Below are positions 34,543 through 44,000 of a DNA stretch of 64,000 bases, piece after piece (the first letter of the stretch is position 1; each line of letters starts with the position of its first letter). The position numbers and the translations under genes are program-made. The stretch covers positions 20,277 to 84,276 of the forward strand of contig JASFKR010000001.1 of NCBI GenBank assembly GCA_050118535.1, given 5' to 3'. The notes below the pieces were generated by a model, which saw only the letters and a list, made by a program, of their open reading frames with translations, did no database searches and was not told the DNA's origin. This DNA comes from Myxococcales bacterium. GTDB taxonomy: Bacteria > Myxococcota_A > Polyangia > Polyangiales > JAFGIB01.

Positions 34543-35697
34543 ATGACCCGCGGACGATCGGTGGCGCCGATCCTGTGCATGCTGCTGACGGCGGCCTGCG
34601 ATCCGCGGGCGGATGCGTCTCCCGCGCCCACGGTCCCGGCACCGAGCCCAGGTAAAGCCCCGAGCAAAGCCCCGAGCAAAGCCCCGAGCAAAGCCCCATC
34701 CAGGGTGGAGGCGCCGACCCCGGAGGCCGCAGCCGAGGAGCCCCTCTTCCGCCGCTCGCGTCAAATGATGGGCACGATCATCGCGATCACCGTGGTCGGG
34801 CAGCCGGACGCCGTGGCGGCGCCGGCGGTCGACGCCGCCTTCCGCGAGATGGAGGGGCTGGAGGCGATCCTCAGCGAATGGCGGCCAGACAGCGAGATCT
34901 CCCGCATCAACGCCGCCGCCGGCAAGGGACCGGTGAAGGTCGGCGAGCACACCCTGGCCGTGGTTCGTGCGGGCCTGGAGGTCTCGCGCTGGAGCCAGGG
35001 GGCCTTCGACCTGTCCTGGGCGGCGCTGCGGGGCATGTACACGTTCCAGCCGGGCGAGGAGACCGTGCCGGACGCGGAGGCGCTGGCGAGCAGGCTGCCC
35101 CTGATCGACTATCGCCGGATCGAGCTCGACGAGAAGAAGCACACGGTGGAGCTGCTCGACGCGGGGATGAAGATCGGAACCGGGGGCATCGCCAAGGGTT
35201 ACGCCCTCGACCAGGCTGCAAAGGTCCTGCGAAAAGCGGGCATCGATCGCTTCATGCTCTTCGGCGGTGGCCAGGTGCAGGTCTCCGGGCAGCGCAAGGC
35301 CGGCCGCGGCTGGCGGGTGGGAATTCAGCACCCCCGGAAAGATGACTACTTCGGTTTCATCGAGGCCACGTCGGGGTCCATTTCGACCTCCGGGGACTAC
35401 GAGCACGCATTCATCAAGGACGGCCGGCGCTGGCACCACATACTCGATCTGAAGACCGGCCTACCGGTCGAGCACACCACGTCGGTCACCGTCCTGGCCG
35501 ACTCCGGGCTCTATGCCGACGCGGTATCGACGGCGATCTTCGCGCTGGGCGCCGAGCGCGCCTGGCCGCTGCTCGCAGACGCCCCGGGTAACCCGCGCGT
35601 GGTCCTGGTGGACCGGGACATGCGGCTGCACGTGACGGAAAACCTGGGCAAGGGCCTCGTGCTGCGGACCGAGCTGAAGGACGGGCGCCTGCCCTGA
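34543..35697 (+). CDS. apbE: FAD:protein FMN transferase ApbE (lipoprotein)
   Basis: Lipobox CMLLTAAC. MGTIIAITV, GGIAKGYALD, SISTSGDYEH. Confidence 0.88.
   Translation: MTRGRSVAPILCMLLTAACDPRADASPAPTVPAPSPGKAPSKAPSKAPSKAPSRVEAPTPEAAAEEPLFRRSRQMMGTIIAITVVGQPDAVAAPAVDAAFREMEGLEAILSEWRPDSEISRINAAAGKGPVKVGEHTLAVVRAGLEVSRWSQGAFDLSWAALRGMYTFQPGEETVPDAEALASRLPLIDYRRIELDEKKHTVELLDAGMKIGTGGIAKGYALDQAAKVLRKAGIDRFMLFGGGQVQVSGQRKAGRGWRVGIQHPRKDDYFGFIEATSGSISTSGDYEHAFIKDGRRWHHILDLKTGLPVEHTTSVTVLADSGLYADAVSTAIFALGAERAWPLLADAPGNPRVVLVDRDMRLHVTENLGKGLVLRTELKDGRLP
34654..34698. repeat. 12 bp tandem repeat (AAAGCCCCGAGC x3 plus a partial copy) encoding (KAPS)n in the ApbE linker
   Basis: Direct reading of 34654-34698. 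Confidence 0.85.
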
Positions 35698-35791
35698 CCC
35701 GTACGCTCGATTTTTAGTTATTTATTTCAGGCACTTGCCGACCAGATGCAACGGACGGCGAGTTTTCTCGAGGATCGAAACGACCGCAGAT

Positions 35792-36433
35792 TCAGCCGCG
35801 CTCCACCTCGAGGCCCTCGGCCTCCCAGTCCAGGAAGCCGCCGGCGAGGAAGCCCACCTGGGCGCCCGCCTCGCCCGCCGCGCGCGCGGCTTCTTTGCCC
35901 TCGTCGCCGCCGCGCCCGTAGAGGACGCGAACGCGGCCGTCCGTGGGCTGCAGCTCGGACAGGCGAGACGGCAGCTCGGCGACCGGCACGTGGAGGGCGC
36001 CCGGGATCCGGTAGCGGCCATACGCGGCCGCATCGCGCACGTCGACTGCGACGGCACGTCCGGACTGCACCAGGGCCGCCAGGTCCTTGGCGGTCACCTC
36101 CCCCGCCTCACGGGGCATGACGCGCTCCAGGGCCTCCAGGATCGTCTTCTTGTCGACCAGCCCAACGAGCTGGTCCACCGGTCGCCCCTGGTGCATCAGC
36201 ACCATCATCGGGATGGATTGCACACGGAAGGCCTGGGCGATGGCCGGGCTGCGCTCCACGTCGATGCGCACCACCTTCACCTTGCCCTCCACCTCCCGGG
36301 CCACCTCCTGGAGGATGGGCTCGAGCTGTTTGCACGGCTGGCACCAGTCGGCGTAGAGGTCGATCAGGACGGGAAGCTCGGAGCGCAGGACCTGGGACTC
36401 GAAATCCTGCTCCGAAACCAGCGGGATGGTCAT
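35792..36433 (-). CDS. thioredoxin fused to a rhodanese-homology domain lacking the catalytic Cys
   Basis: Start ATG 36431-36433 (MTIPLVSEQDFESQV). Active site WCQPC. The C-terminal rhodanese-like fold (AVDVRDAAAYGRYRIPGALHVP...) has VLYGRGGDEG where the active-site C-x-x-G-x-R loop is expected. Confidence 0.8.
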   Translation of the reverse strand: MTIPLVSEQDFESQVLRSELPVLIDLYADWCQPCKQLEPILQEVAREVEGKVKVVRIDVERSPAIAQAFRVQSIPMMVLMHQGRPVDQLVGLVDKKTILEALERVMPREAGEVTAKDLAALVQSGRAVAVDVRDAAAYGRYRIPGALHVPVAELPSRLSELQPTDGRVRVLYGRGGDEGKEAARAAGEAGAQVGFLAGGFLDWEAEGLEVERG

Positions 36434-36495
36434 GTCGGGCTCGCCTCCTTCCCCGCAGGGGGCAGTGGTCCGACATACTAGCGCTGGGCGGCGCG

Positions 36496-37152
36496 TCAAG
36501 CGATCAGCGCGAGTCCGGCGCTGGTCCCCAGCCGATCGGCGCCGGCGTCGAGCAGCGCAAGCGCCTGCGCCCGCGTCCGGATGCCGCCCGACGCCTTGAT
36601 GCCCACCCCGGGGCCCACGGCCTGTCGCATGAGGGCCACGTCGTGGGTCGTCGCCCCGCCGCCCCCGAAGCCGGTCGATGTCTTCACGAAGCTCGCCCCC
36701 GCGAGCACCGCAGCCGCACAGGCCGCGCGCTTCTGATCGTCGTCCAGCCGCGCCGTCTCCAGGATGACCTTGACCGGCTGCCCGGTCGCCGCCTCGACCA
36801 CCGCGGAGACGTCCCGTTTCACCCGCTCCCAGTCCCCCGCGCGGGCAGCGCCCAGATCGAGGACCATATCGATCTCGTCGGCGCCTTCGCCCACCGCCAG
36901 GGCGCACTCGTAGGCCTTGGTCTGACTGCGATTGGCGCCCAGGGGAAAGCCCACGACGGTCACCAGCCGCACCGGGCTGCCGCCCAGCAGCGCTCGGCAT
37001 CGCGGGACGTGGGTGGGGTTCACGCAGACCCCCGCAAAGCGCTGCCGCAACGCCTCGTCGCACAGCCGACGGACCTGATCCGCAGTTGCGTCGGCCGCGA
37101 GCAGGGTATGCTCGATGGCTGCGCGCAGGCGTTGCTCGGCTGTCGGGCCCAT
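36496..37152 (-). CDS. deoC: deoxyribose-phosphate aldolase
   Basis: Start ATG 37150-37152 (MGPTAEQ). VCVNP, EIDMV, KVILET, FVKTSTGF. Confidence 0.9.
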   Translation of the reverse strand: MGPTAEQRLRAAIEHTLLAADATADQVRRLCDEALRQRFAGVCVNPTHVPRCRALLGGSPVRLVTVVGFPLGANRSQTKAYECALAVGEGADEIDMVLDLGAARAGDWERVKRDVSAVVEAATGQPVKVILETARLDDDQKRAACAAAVLAGASFVKTSTGFGGGGATTHDVALMRQAVGPGVGIKASGGIRTRAQALALLDAGADRLGTSAGLALIA

Positions 37153-37273
37153 GGTTGGCTCCGGCTCGGGGTGTGACGTGCACCCACACGCGTCGTCGGG
37201 GGACGCGACGCCGAGTGTCGCGAATTGACCCGCACAACGCGAGGACGCAGGATCCCCCGACCCCACGCCTACC

Positions 37274-39262
37274 ATGGACGTCACGTGCGATCGCTGCGGC
37301 ACCGTCTACGAGTTCGAGGAGGCGATGATCGCGTCCACGGGCACGACCGTGAAGTGCACCGATTGCGGTCACCTGTTCAAGGTCACCCGCACCGGATCCG
37401 CGGCGGATAGCGCCGCGCCGTCGCAGTCCGTCCCCGACGACGGCCACTGGCGCGTTCGACGCAGCGACGGCGGCATGATTCCGCTCGAGAACCTGGCCGA
37501 GTTGACCCGGCTGATCGGGGATGGCGAGCTGGGCCGGGACGACGAGATCTCGCGCACCGGACGGGCGTGGCGGCGCCTGGGCGAGGTGGAGGAGCTCACC
37601 CCGCTGTTCGAGGCCAGGCGACGGCGTCCCACCCCCGAGGGGCGCGCACTGAATCTGGGACTGGTGCGGCGCGCCGCGGGGGCGGATGCCACCGACCCCG
37701 GCCAGGGCAGCGCCTCCGCCGAGCCGCGATTCGAGTCCATGGGCCACGAAGTGGACGTGCGTCTGGGCCCGGGCGCAGTGGGCGCGCTCGAAGAAGAGCC
37801 TACCACGCCCGGCTTCGACTCACCTGCGACGGACCAGGAGCCCCCGGGACCTCCGGGCGCGTCGGGTGCGCCCCCCGCCGCGCCTCCCGCACCGGCGGCG
37901 ACACCACAGGCCATGCCCCCGGCGCCGGGGCCCTCCGCGGTGCCGCCGCCCCCTTCACCATCACCGCCGTCGCGGCTGTGGCCGTGGTTGCTGGTGGCGA
38001 CGCTGGCGACGGTCGGGATCGGCATCGGCGTGGTCCTCCTGCGGCCCCGGCCGCAGCCACCGGGCAACGAAGTGGAGCGAGACCCGAGTGGGGAGTTCAT
38101 CGAACGCGGCGACGCCGCCCTCGCCTCCCATCATCCGCAGCGCTTCCAGGAAGCCATCAACGAGTACACCAAGGCGCTGGCCTTCCACCCGGGGAACCCG
38201 CGGATCCTGAGCTCCATCGCCCGGTCCCACGCGGTGTGGGCGCAGCTGTTGCGCTTTCGTTTGCAGGCGCTGCCGGCGGATGATCCCGCGACCGAGGTGG
38301 AGCGCGCCAGCCTCGATCAGCAGGCCCGACGCCTCACCGAGGAGGCACGGCGGCACGCCGAGCAGGCTGCCCGACGCAACCCGGGCAACGAAGAGGCCGA
38401 GGTGGCCCTGGCCGATGCCCTGCGCCTGAGCGGGAACCTGGTCGCGGCACGCGCCGAGCTCGACCGGGCGCGTCACAGCGGCGGCGTGACCGACGCCGAG
38501 GGGCTGCGTGTGGCCGCGCTGCTGGCCATCGACGAAGCGGGCGGCGAGCTGCAGGCTGGCTGCAAGCTGGCCGAGCAGGCGGTCGCCCGCGACGGGAGTC
38601 TGATCCGAACGCGGCTGTTGCTGGCGCGCTGCCTGCGCGAACGCGGCGACCGGGCCGCACTGGCGGCGCAGGTGCAGACCCTGCGCCGCCTGGCTCCGGG
38701 GCTCCCCGAGCTCGAGCCCTTCGCAGAGCCCAAAGCCGCGCCGCGAACCGCGCGCGACGCTTCGGCACCCCGGACCGCGGCGCGACCAACGCCGCCCCCC
38801 CGGGCATCCGAGGGCGGTGACGGCGACGGCTCCGGAGAGCCCGCGGACGCGCTGGCCCTGATCCGTCGCGGCGAGGCCGCGCTGGAGCGAGGACACGTGG
38901 ACGCGGCCCAGACGCTCTTCGAGCGGGCGCTGCGCGCCTCGCCGGGCCAATCGCGGGCGCGCACCGGGCTCGGCTACGTGGCACTGGAGCGCAGTCGGCC
39001 GCGGCAAGCGATCAAGCACTTCCGTTTCGGCAAGTCCCGCGGCAACCCCGAGGCATTCATCGGCCTCGGCGACGCGTACCGGCGACTGGGGCGCGTCCGC
39101 GACGCGCTCGCCACCTATCGCGCGTACGTGAAGCGCTTCCCCGGCGGGCCGCGGCGCTCCATCGCTGAGCGTCAGATCGAGATCCTGAGTGAACAGGTGG
39201 CCGAGGACGCCCGGCCTGGCGCGATGGAAAACCCCTACCAGCAGCCCCCGGAGGCCCCGTGA
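37274..39262 (+). CDS. MJ0042-type zinc-ribbon / GYF-like / Pro-rich / TM / TPR protein
   Basis: MDVTCDRCGTVYEFEE...VKCTDCGHLFKV is a zinc ribbon. WRVRRSDGGMIPLENLAELTRLIGDGEL is GYF_2-like. TM segment LWPWLLVATLATVGIGIGVVLL. TPR repeats run to the C-terminus. Confidence 0.75.
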   Translation: MDVTCDRCGTVYEFEEAMIASTGTTVKCTDCGHLFKVTRTGSAADSAAPSQSVPDDGHWRVRRSDGGMIPLENLAELTRLIGDGELGRDDEISRTGRAWRRLGEVEELTPLFEARRRRPTPEGRALNLGLVRRAAGADATDPGQGSASAEPRFESMGHEVDVRLGPGAVGALEEEPTTPGFDSPATDQEPPGPPGASGAPPAAPPAPAATPQAMPPAPGPSAVPPPPSPSPPSRLWPWLLVATLATVGIGIGVVLLRPRPQPPGNEVERDPSGEFIERGDAALASHHPQRFQEAINEYTKALAFHPGNPRILSSIARSHAVWAQLLRFRLQALPADDPATEVERASLDQQARRLTEEARRHAEQAARRNPGNEEAEVALADALRLSGNLVAARAELDRARHSGGVTDAEGLRVAALLAIDEAGGELQAGCKLAEQAVARDGSLIRTRLLLARCLRERGDRAALAAQVQTLRRLAPGLPELEPFAEPKAAPRTARDASAPRTAARPTPPPRASEGGDGDGSGEPADALALIRRGEAALERGHVDAAQTLFERALRASPGQSRARTGLGYVALERSRPRQAIKHFRFGKSRGNPEAFIGLGDAYRRLGRVRDALATYRAYVKRFPGGPRRSIAERQIEILSEQVAEDARPGAMENPYQQPPEAP

Positions 39263-40989
39263 TCCGCCAACCGCTGACGACCCTCATCACCCTGCTCCCC
39301 TGCCTGGCGATCGCCGGTTGCGGGGCGCCCCCGCAGCAGCCCAAGGGACCGCGGGCAATCGAAATCCGCCTGCCCGGACCGCTGACGGAGTCACCGGAGG
39401 CGAGTCTCTTCGCGGCCACGGCCACGACGCACCACCGGTTGCTGGAGCGGCTGCACGACATCGCGCAGGACGACGAGCTGCGCGGGCTTCTGCTACACGT
39501 GCCCGAGATGGGCGACGCCTTCGCGCGCGCGGCCGACCTGCGCAACGCGCTCGAGGCCGTGCGCGAGGCCGGCAAGCCGGTGCACTGCTACTTCGAGAGC
39601 ACCGACAACCTGGGCTACGCCCTGATGGCCGCCGGCTGCGAGCGCATCAGCGCGACGCCGAGCGGCCTGCTGAACCTGGTGGGGCTGGCCGCCGAGGCGC
39701 TCTACGTCAAGGAGCTACTCGATCGCGTGGGCGTCCGCGCCGAGCTGATGCAGGTGGGTCGCTTCAAGGGGGCCGCCGACACCTTCACCCGCACGGAGAT
39801 GCCGCCGGAGGTCCGCCAGACGCTCGACGCCATGCTCGACGACCTGCACGGTAGCCTGCTGTCGGCCATCGCCGAGGGACGCGATCTGTCCAACGCCCAA
39901 GTGCAGTCGCTCGTGGACGACGGCCCCTACACCACCCCGCTGGCGCGCCAGGCCGGTCTGATCGACGACGTGGGCTTTGACGACGAGGCGCGGGAGCACC
40001 TGCGGGAGGCCGCCGACGTGAAGCACGTGGAACACGAGGCGCTGGGTGGCGAGAAAAAGGAGGTCGGGCTTTCGGACCTGCTGAAAGCCCTGAGCGGCGG
40101 TGAGAAGGATGCGAAGCCATCCGGCCGGCGTCTGGTCGTGGCCAACCTGGAGGGGACGATCATGCGAGGCGACGAGCGCAGCCTGCAGAGCGCCCACGCC
40201 GTGCCCTTCGTGGAGGCCTTGCGCGGGATGGCCGACGACGACGACGTGCGCGCCCTGGTGCTGCGCATCAACTCGCCGGGGGGCTCGGCCACCGCATCGG
40301 ACCTGATGTGGCACGCCGTCCGCCGCGTGGCCGCCCGCAAGCCGGTGATCGTGTCGGTGGGCGACATGGCAGCCTCGGGTGGTTACTGGGTGGCATCCGC
40401 GGGGACACGTATCCTGGCCGACGAGAGCAGCCTGATCGGATCCATCGGCGTGGTCGGCGGAAAGATCGTGATCGAGGATCTGGGACAGCGGGTGGGGCTG
40501 CGCAGCACGCGCCTGAGCCGCGGGGAGCGCGCGGGCTGGATGAGCTCGCTGCACGGCTTCGACGCCGGCGAGCGCGAGGCCTTCCGCCGCTCGCTCGAGT
40601 ACACCTATCGCCTCTTCCTGCGCCGGATCTCGCAGGGGCGTGGGATGGATCGCGCCGCCATCGAGCCGCTGGCCGAAGGTCGGCTGATGACGGCTCGCAG
40701 GGCGCTCGAGGGCGGGCTCGTGGATCGCCTCGGTGGGCTACGCGAGGCCATCGCCCTGGCTCGCGAGGAGGCCGAACTGCCGGACGACGTCGAGGTGCAA
40801 GTCTGGCCCCCGCAGCACACCTTCCTGCAGCAGATCGCCAGGCTCGCATCGGGCGCCGATGCCCGGAGTCTGGCGCTGCAGCAGCTCCGAGGCGCAGCCG
40901 CCGCCGACCCACGGGGCCTGGTGGAGGCGCTGGTGGCAGGTCGCGACACCCACATCGCCGCCCTGCCCTACCAGCTGTCCATCCACTAG
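39259..40989 (+). CDS. sppA: signal peptide peptidase SppA (lipoprotein form)
   Basis: GTGA overlap with the upstream stop. Lipobox LAIAGC. Two ClpP-like halves, with INSPGGSATASD and GDMAASGGYWVA. Confidence 0.9.
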   Translation: MIRQPLTTLITLLPCLAIAGCGAPPQQPKGPRAIEIRLPGPLTESPEASLFAATATTHHRLLERLHDIAQDDELRGLLLHVPEMGDAFARAADLRNALEAVREAGKPVHCYFESTDNLGYALMAAGCERISATPSGLLNLVGLAAEALYVKELLDRVGVRAELMQVGRFKGAADTFTRTEMPPEVRQTLDAMLDDLHGSLLSAIAEGRDLSNAQVQSLVDDGPYTTPLARQAGLIDDVGFDDEAREHLREAADVKHVEHEALGGEKKEVGLSDLLKALSGGEKDAKPSGRRLVVANLEGTIMRGDERSLQSAHAVPFVEALRGMADDDDVRALVLRINSPGGSATASDLMWHAVRRVAARKPVIVSVGDMAASGGYWVASAGTRILADESSLIGSIGVVGGKIVIEDLGQRVGLRSTRLSRGERAGWMSSLHGFDAGEREAFRRSLEYTYRLFLRRISQGRGMDRAAIEPLAEGRLMTARRALEGGLVDRLGGLREAIALAREEAELPDDVEVQVWPPQHTFLQQIARLASGADARSLALQQLRGAAAADPRGLVEALVAGRDTHIAALPYQLSIH

Positions 40990-41048
40990 CAAGCTGCAAC
41001 CGCGTTCGCCCGCCGCGGCGGGCGGGCGTCTGCTATCCTCGGCTCTCC

Positions 41049-44000
41049 ATGGATGGCCGGCCGCTGGACGCCAGTCCCCTGGCAGCGCTTCTGCTGGACC
41101 TCGCCGCGCGGCGCGCGACGGGGCGGTTGGCGTTCGGCGGCCGCGCGGTGCTGCTGCGCCGCGGCGAGCTGCTCGACGTGCTGCCCGCCGCCGACGACGC
41201 GCCACTGGCGCGCTATCTGGTGGAGGGCGGTCGTATCAGCGCCGACGGGCTGGAGCGCTTTCGGGCGCGGGCGGAGCGCGAGCGGACCAGCCTGCTCGAC
41301 TTGCTGCAGCAGGAGGGGGCCATCGCGGCCGACATCCTGGAGGAGGCGCGTCGTGACGTGCTGCTCGACCGGCTCCTGCGCGGCCTGCAGTCCTCCGAAA
41401 GACACGACGAGCCCCTCCCCGTGCTCGAGCCTGCCCCGGAAGCCGGCGATGCCTCCGCCGCGCCCCAAGACCTGGTGGGTGCAGTGCTATCGACGCTCAC
41501 ACGGGAGGCGCAGGGGAGCGCCACGGACGCACTCAGCTCCGCCTTGAATCATCGGCTGACGTTGCGTGCCGGCGAGCACCAGGAACGCGCCCGCGCGTTC
41601 TGCAATCTGGAACCGGCACCCGAACGGCCCGCCGTCGCCACGATCCTGGCCCGCGACCCCAGCGCGGCGGCACGCGTGATGGCCTTGCTGCGGGCTGGCC
41701 TGGCCACCCTCTCGCCACCGGGTCACTCCCACCCATCCGAGCAACGCGGGGGAGGCACACTTCCCCCGGCGCCGATGCGGAGTTCGGCGTTCCCCACCGG
41801 GGTGACGTCCGCGCCGCCACCGGGCGACGACCCCCTCGCCGGCCTGTCCGAACGACCGCCACGCACGCGGCTGGACCCCGGCCTGGCCGACGCCTCCACC
41901 GAGCCGCTGTCACCGACCCCCCTGCCTCGTCTACCCGAGCCGACGTTGGCGCTCGACGATCCCATGCGGCCGCTCGAGCAGAACCTGCAGGCGCTCGAGG
42001 CGCGTGGCGCCCCAGGCCCCGAGCGCGCACGGGTGCTACGCGCGATGGCCGAGATTTGGCGAACGCGCTTCGGTTCCGTGGAGCGGTCGTGTCGCTGGTT
42101 GCGCGAGGCCGTGGCCGCCGACCCGGACGATGCGCGCTTGCTCGAGCAGACGGCGTTGTGTTGCCACCACATGGGCGACCCGGAGCTGGCGGCGCGCTAC
42201 GCGGAAGCGGCCGTCGCCATGGCCGGAATCTCGATCGAGCGCGCCAGCGCACAACGTCTGCGAGCGACCGTGCTGCGCGCGTCCGGAGACGCCGACGGTG
42301 CAGTGGAGGCACTCTGCGAGGCGGCGGCCGACGATCCCACGAGCCCCGAGCCCCACGAACTGGTTGCGGGCGTCCTGCTGGCGCGCGGCAATGCCGAAGG
42401 CACCAACGCCCACGCGCGACTCGCCGCGGCGGCCCACCAGGACGCCGATCCCGAACGGGCCCGCGCGCTGCTCGACTGGGCTTGGTCGCTGCAGCCCACG
42501 AACGTACCCACCACGGTGGAGTATGCCTCGCTCCTCGACATGACAGGACGACGCACCGGCGCGGTCGCAGTGCTGGCTGAAACCGCCGCGCGCAGCACCG
42601 ACCCCGACGGCAGACGCAAGTTGCGTCTGGCGGCGGCACAGAGGGCGGAGGCTGCCGAGCGCCCCGACATGGCCGCAGAGCTGCTGCGCGAAGCGTTCGA
42701 CGTGGAGCCGCATTTCGATTTGCTCTACGCACCGCTCGAGGAAGACCTCCGCGATGCGGTCGAGCCGGCGCTGCACGCCGCCGTGATCGAAGACATCGCC
42801 TCCGCCTGCCCCGACGGTCAGCGCGCCCACTGGCTGACGCGGGCAGCACATGCCATGGCGCGGGTGGAGGCAGGCCACGAGGCGGCTGCGTGGCTGTTCT
42901 ACGAGGCCATGCTCACGGATCCGATGCAGGCACAGGCCCTCGACGGCCTGCGCGCGCACGCTCGCTCGCGACGGGAGCTGCTGCTGCTCGCGCACGCGCT
43001 GCGGACGCACATCGCAGCGGGCCTGGGCGGCGGCCTGGACATGTCCTCCGAGTTGCGAACCCTCGGGGAGATTGCCGAGGAGCAACTTCACAACCCCGAC
43101 CTGGCCCTCGCGGCATTCACGCAGCTGCGACGCCTGGGAGGAGGCGACGAGGCAATTGACGCGCGCGCGGACCGCCTCGCTGAAACATGCGAGGAACGTC
43201 GTGAGCGGCTCGCGGAGGCCGAGAGCGCATTGCGCGCCGCGACGCCGGAGCAGCGCGCCGGCCGGGCCGTCGAGGTCGCAGGGCTGCTGCCGGACCTACC
43301 GGAGGAATGGCCGCGCACCGTGTCGCTGCTGCGCGACGCCCACAGGGCCGAGCGGCTGCGCGGCAGGGACCGGGAGAGGCTCGAAACGCTGCTTGGGCTG
43401 AGTCGAGACGCCGAGGCGTTGCTCGATCACCTCGAGAGCGAGAGCGAGCACGCCGGTGCGCTCGACGAGCGGCTGCGGCTGCTGCATCGCATCGCGGCGG
43501 TCCACACGGTGCGCGGTGACGCCCGCAAGACGGCAATCACCGCCGAACGCATCTTGGCACAGGCCCCCGGGGACGCCCTGGGCCTGGCCCGGCTGGAGCG
43601 CGCCGGACGACGGCTGCGCGACCCAGACCGCATCGGCCGCGTTCTCGCACTTCGGGCCGACGCGGAAAAGCAGCCCGCACGCCGCGCTCGCACGCTGGCG
43701 CGGCTCGCGCGCTTGCAGGAATCACTGCACGAAGAGGGTGAAGCTGCGAAGCATGCCGCACAGGCGCTCTCACTCGATGCGACTGCGGCGGACGCGGCGC
43801 TGGTGCTCCTGCGTACCGCACACATGCTGCCCGCGGGGCAGGCCCTGCCGGCCGTGCGCCGCGCGGCCGACGCGCTGGGCGTGTCCCGCCGCCTGTGTCG
43901 AGTCTGGTCCACGGCCGCCACCACTGCCGGCGACCGGGCAGCGACGCAAGAGGCTTTGGAGCGCTGGGTGAGAGTGTTGCCCATGGATGTGGAAGCGCGA

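Noticed and set aside
35698-35791. AT-rich patch (gatttttagttatttatttcagg) between the convergent apbE and trx genes as a possible mobile-element scar or sRNA
   Set aside because: It is only about 25 bp long. I could find no flanking inverted or direct repeats and no convincing hairpin. It is most simply a shared, poorly structured termination zone.
35792-37747. 651 aa minus-strand ORF spanning the trx-rhodanese gene, deoC and the zinc-ribbon gene start
   Set aside because: Only its last 213 codons are credible (ribosome-binding site plus the MTIPLVSEQDF thioredoxin start). The rest overlaps deoC in another frame and is Arg/Gly-rich noise.
40308-41048. N-terminal 247-codon extension of the giant TPR ORF overlapping sppA
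   Set aside because: It overlaps the well-supported sppA frame. The translation is Arg/Pro/Gly-rich. A clean DUF4388-like N-terminus begins at ATG 41049.
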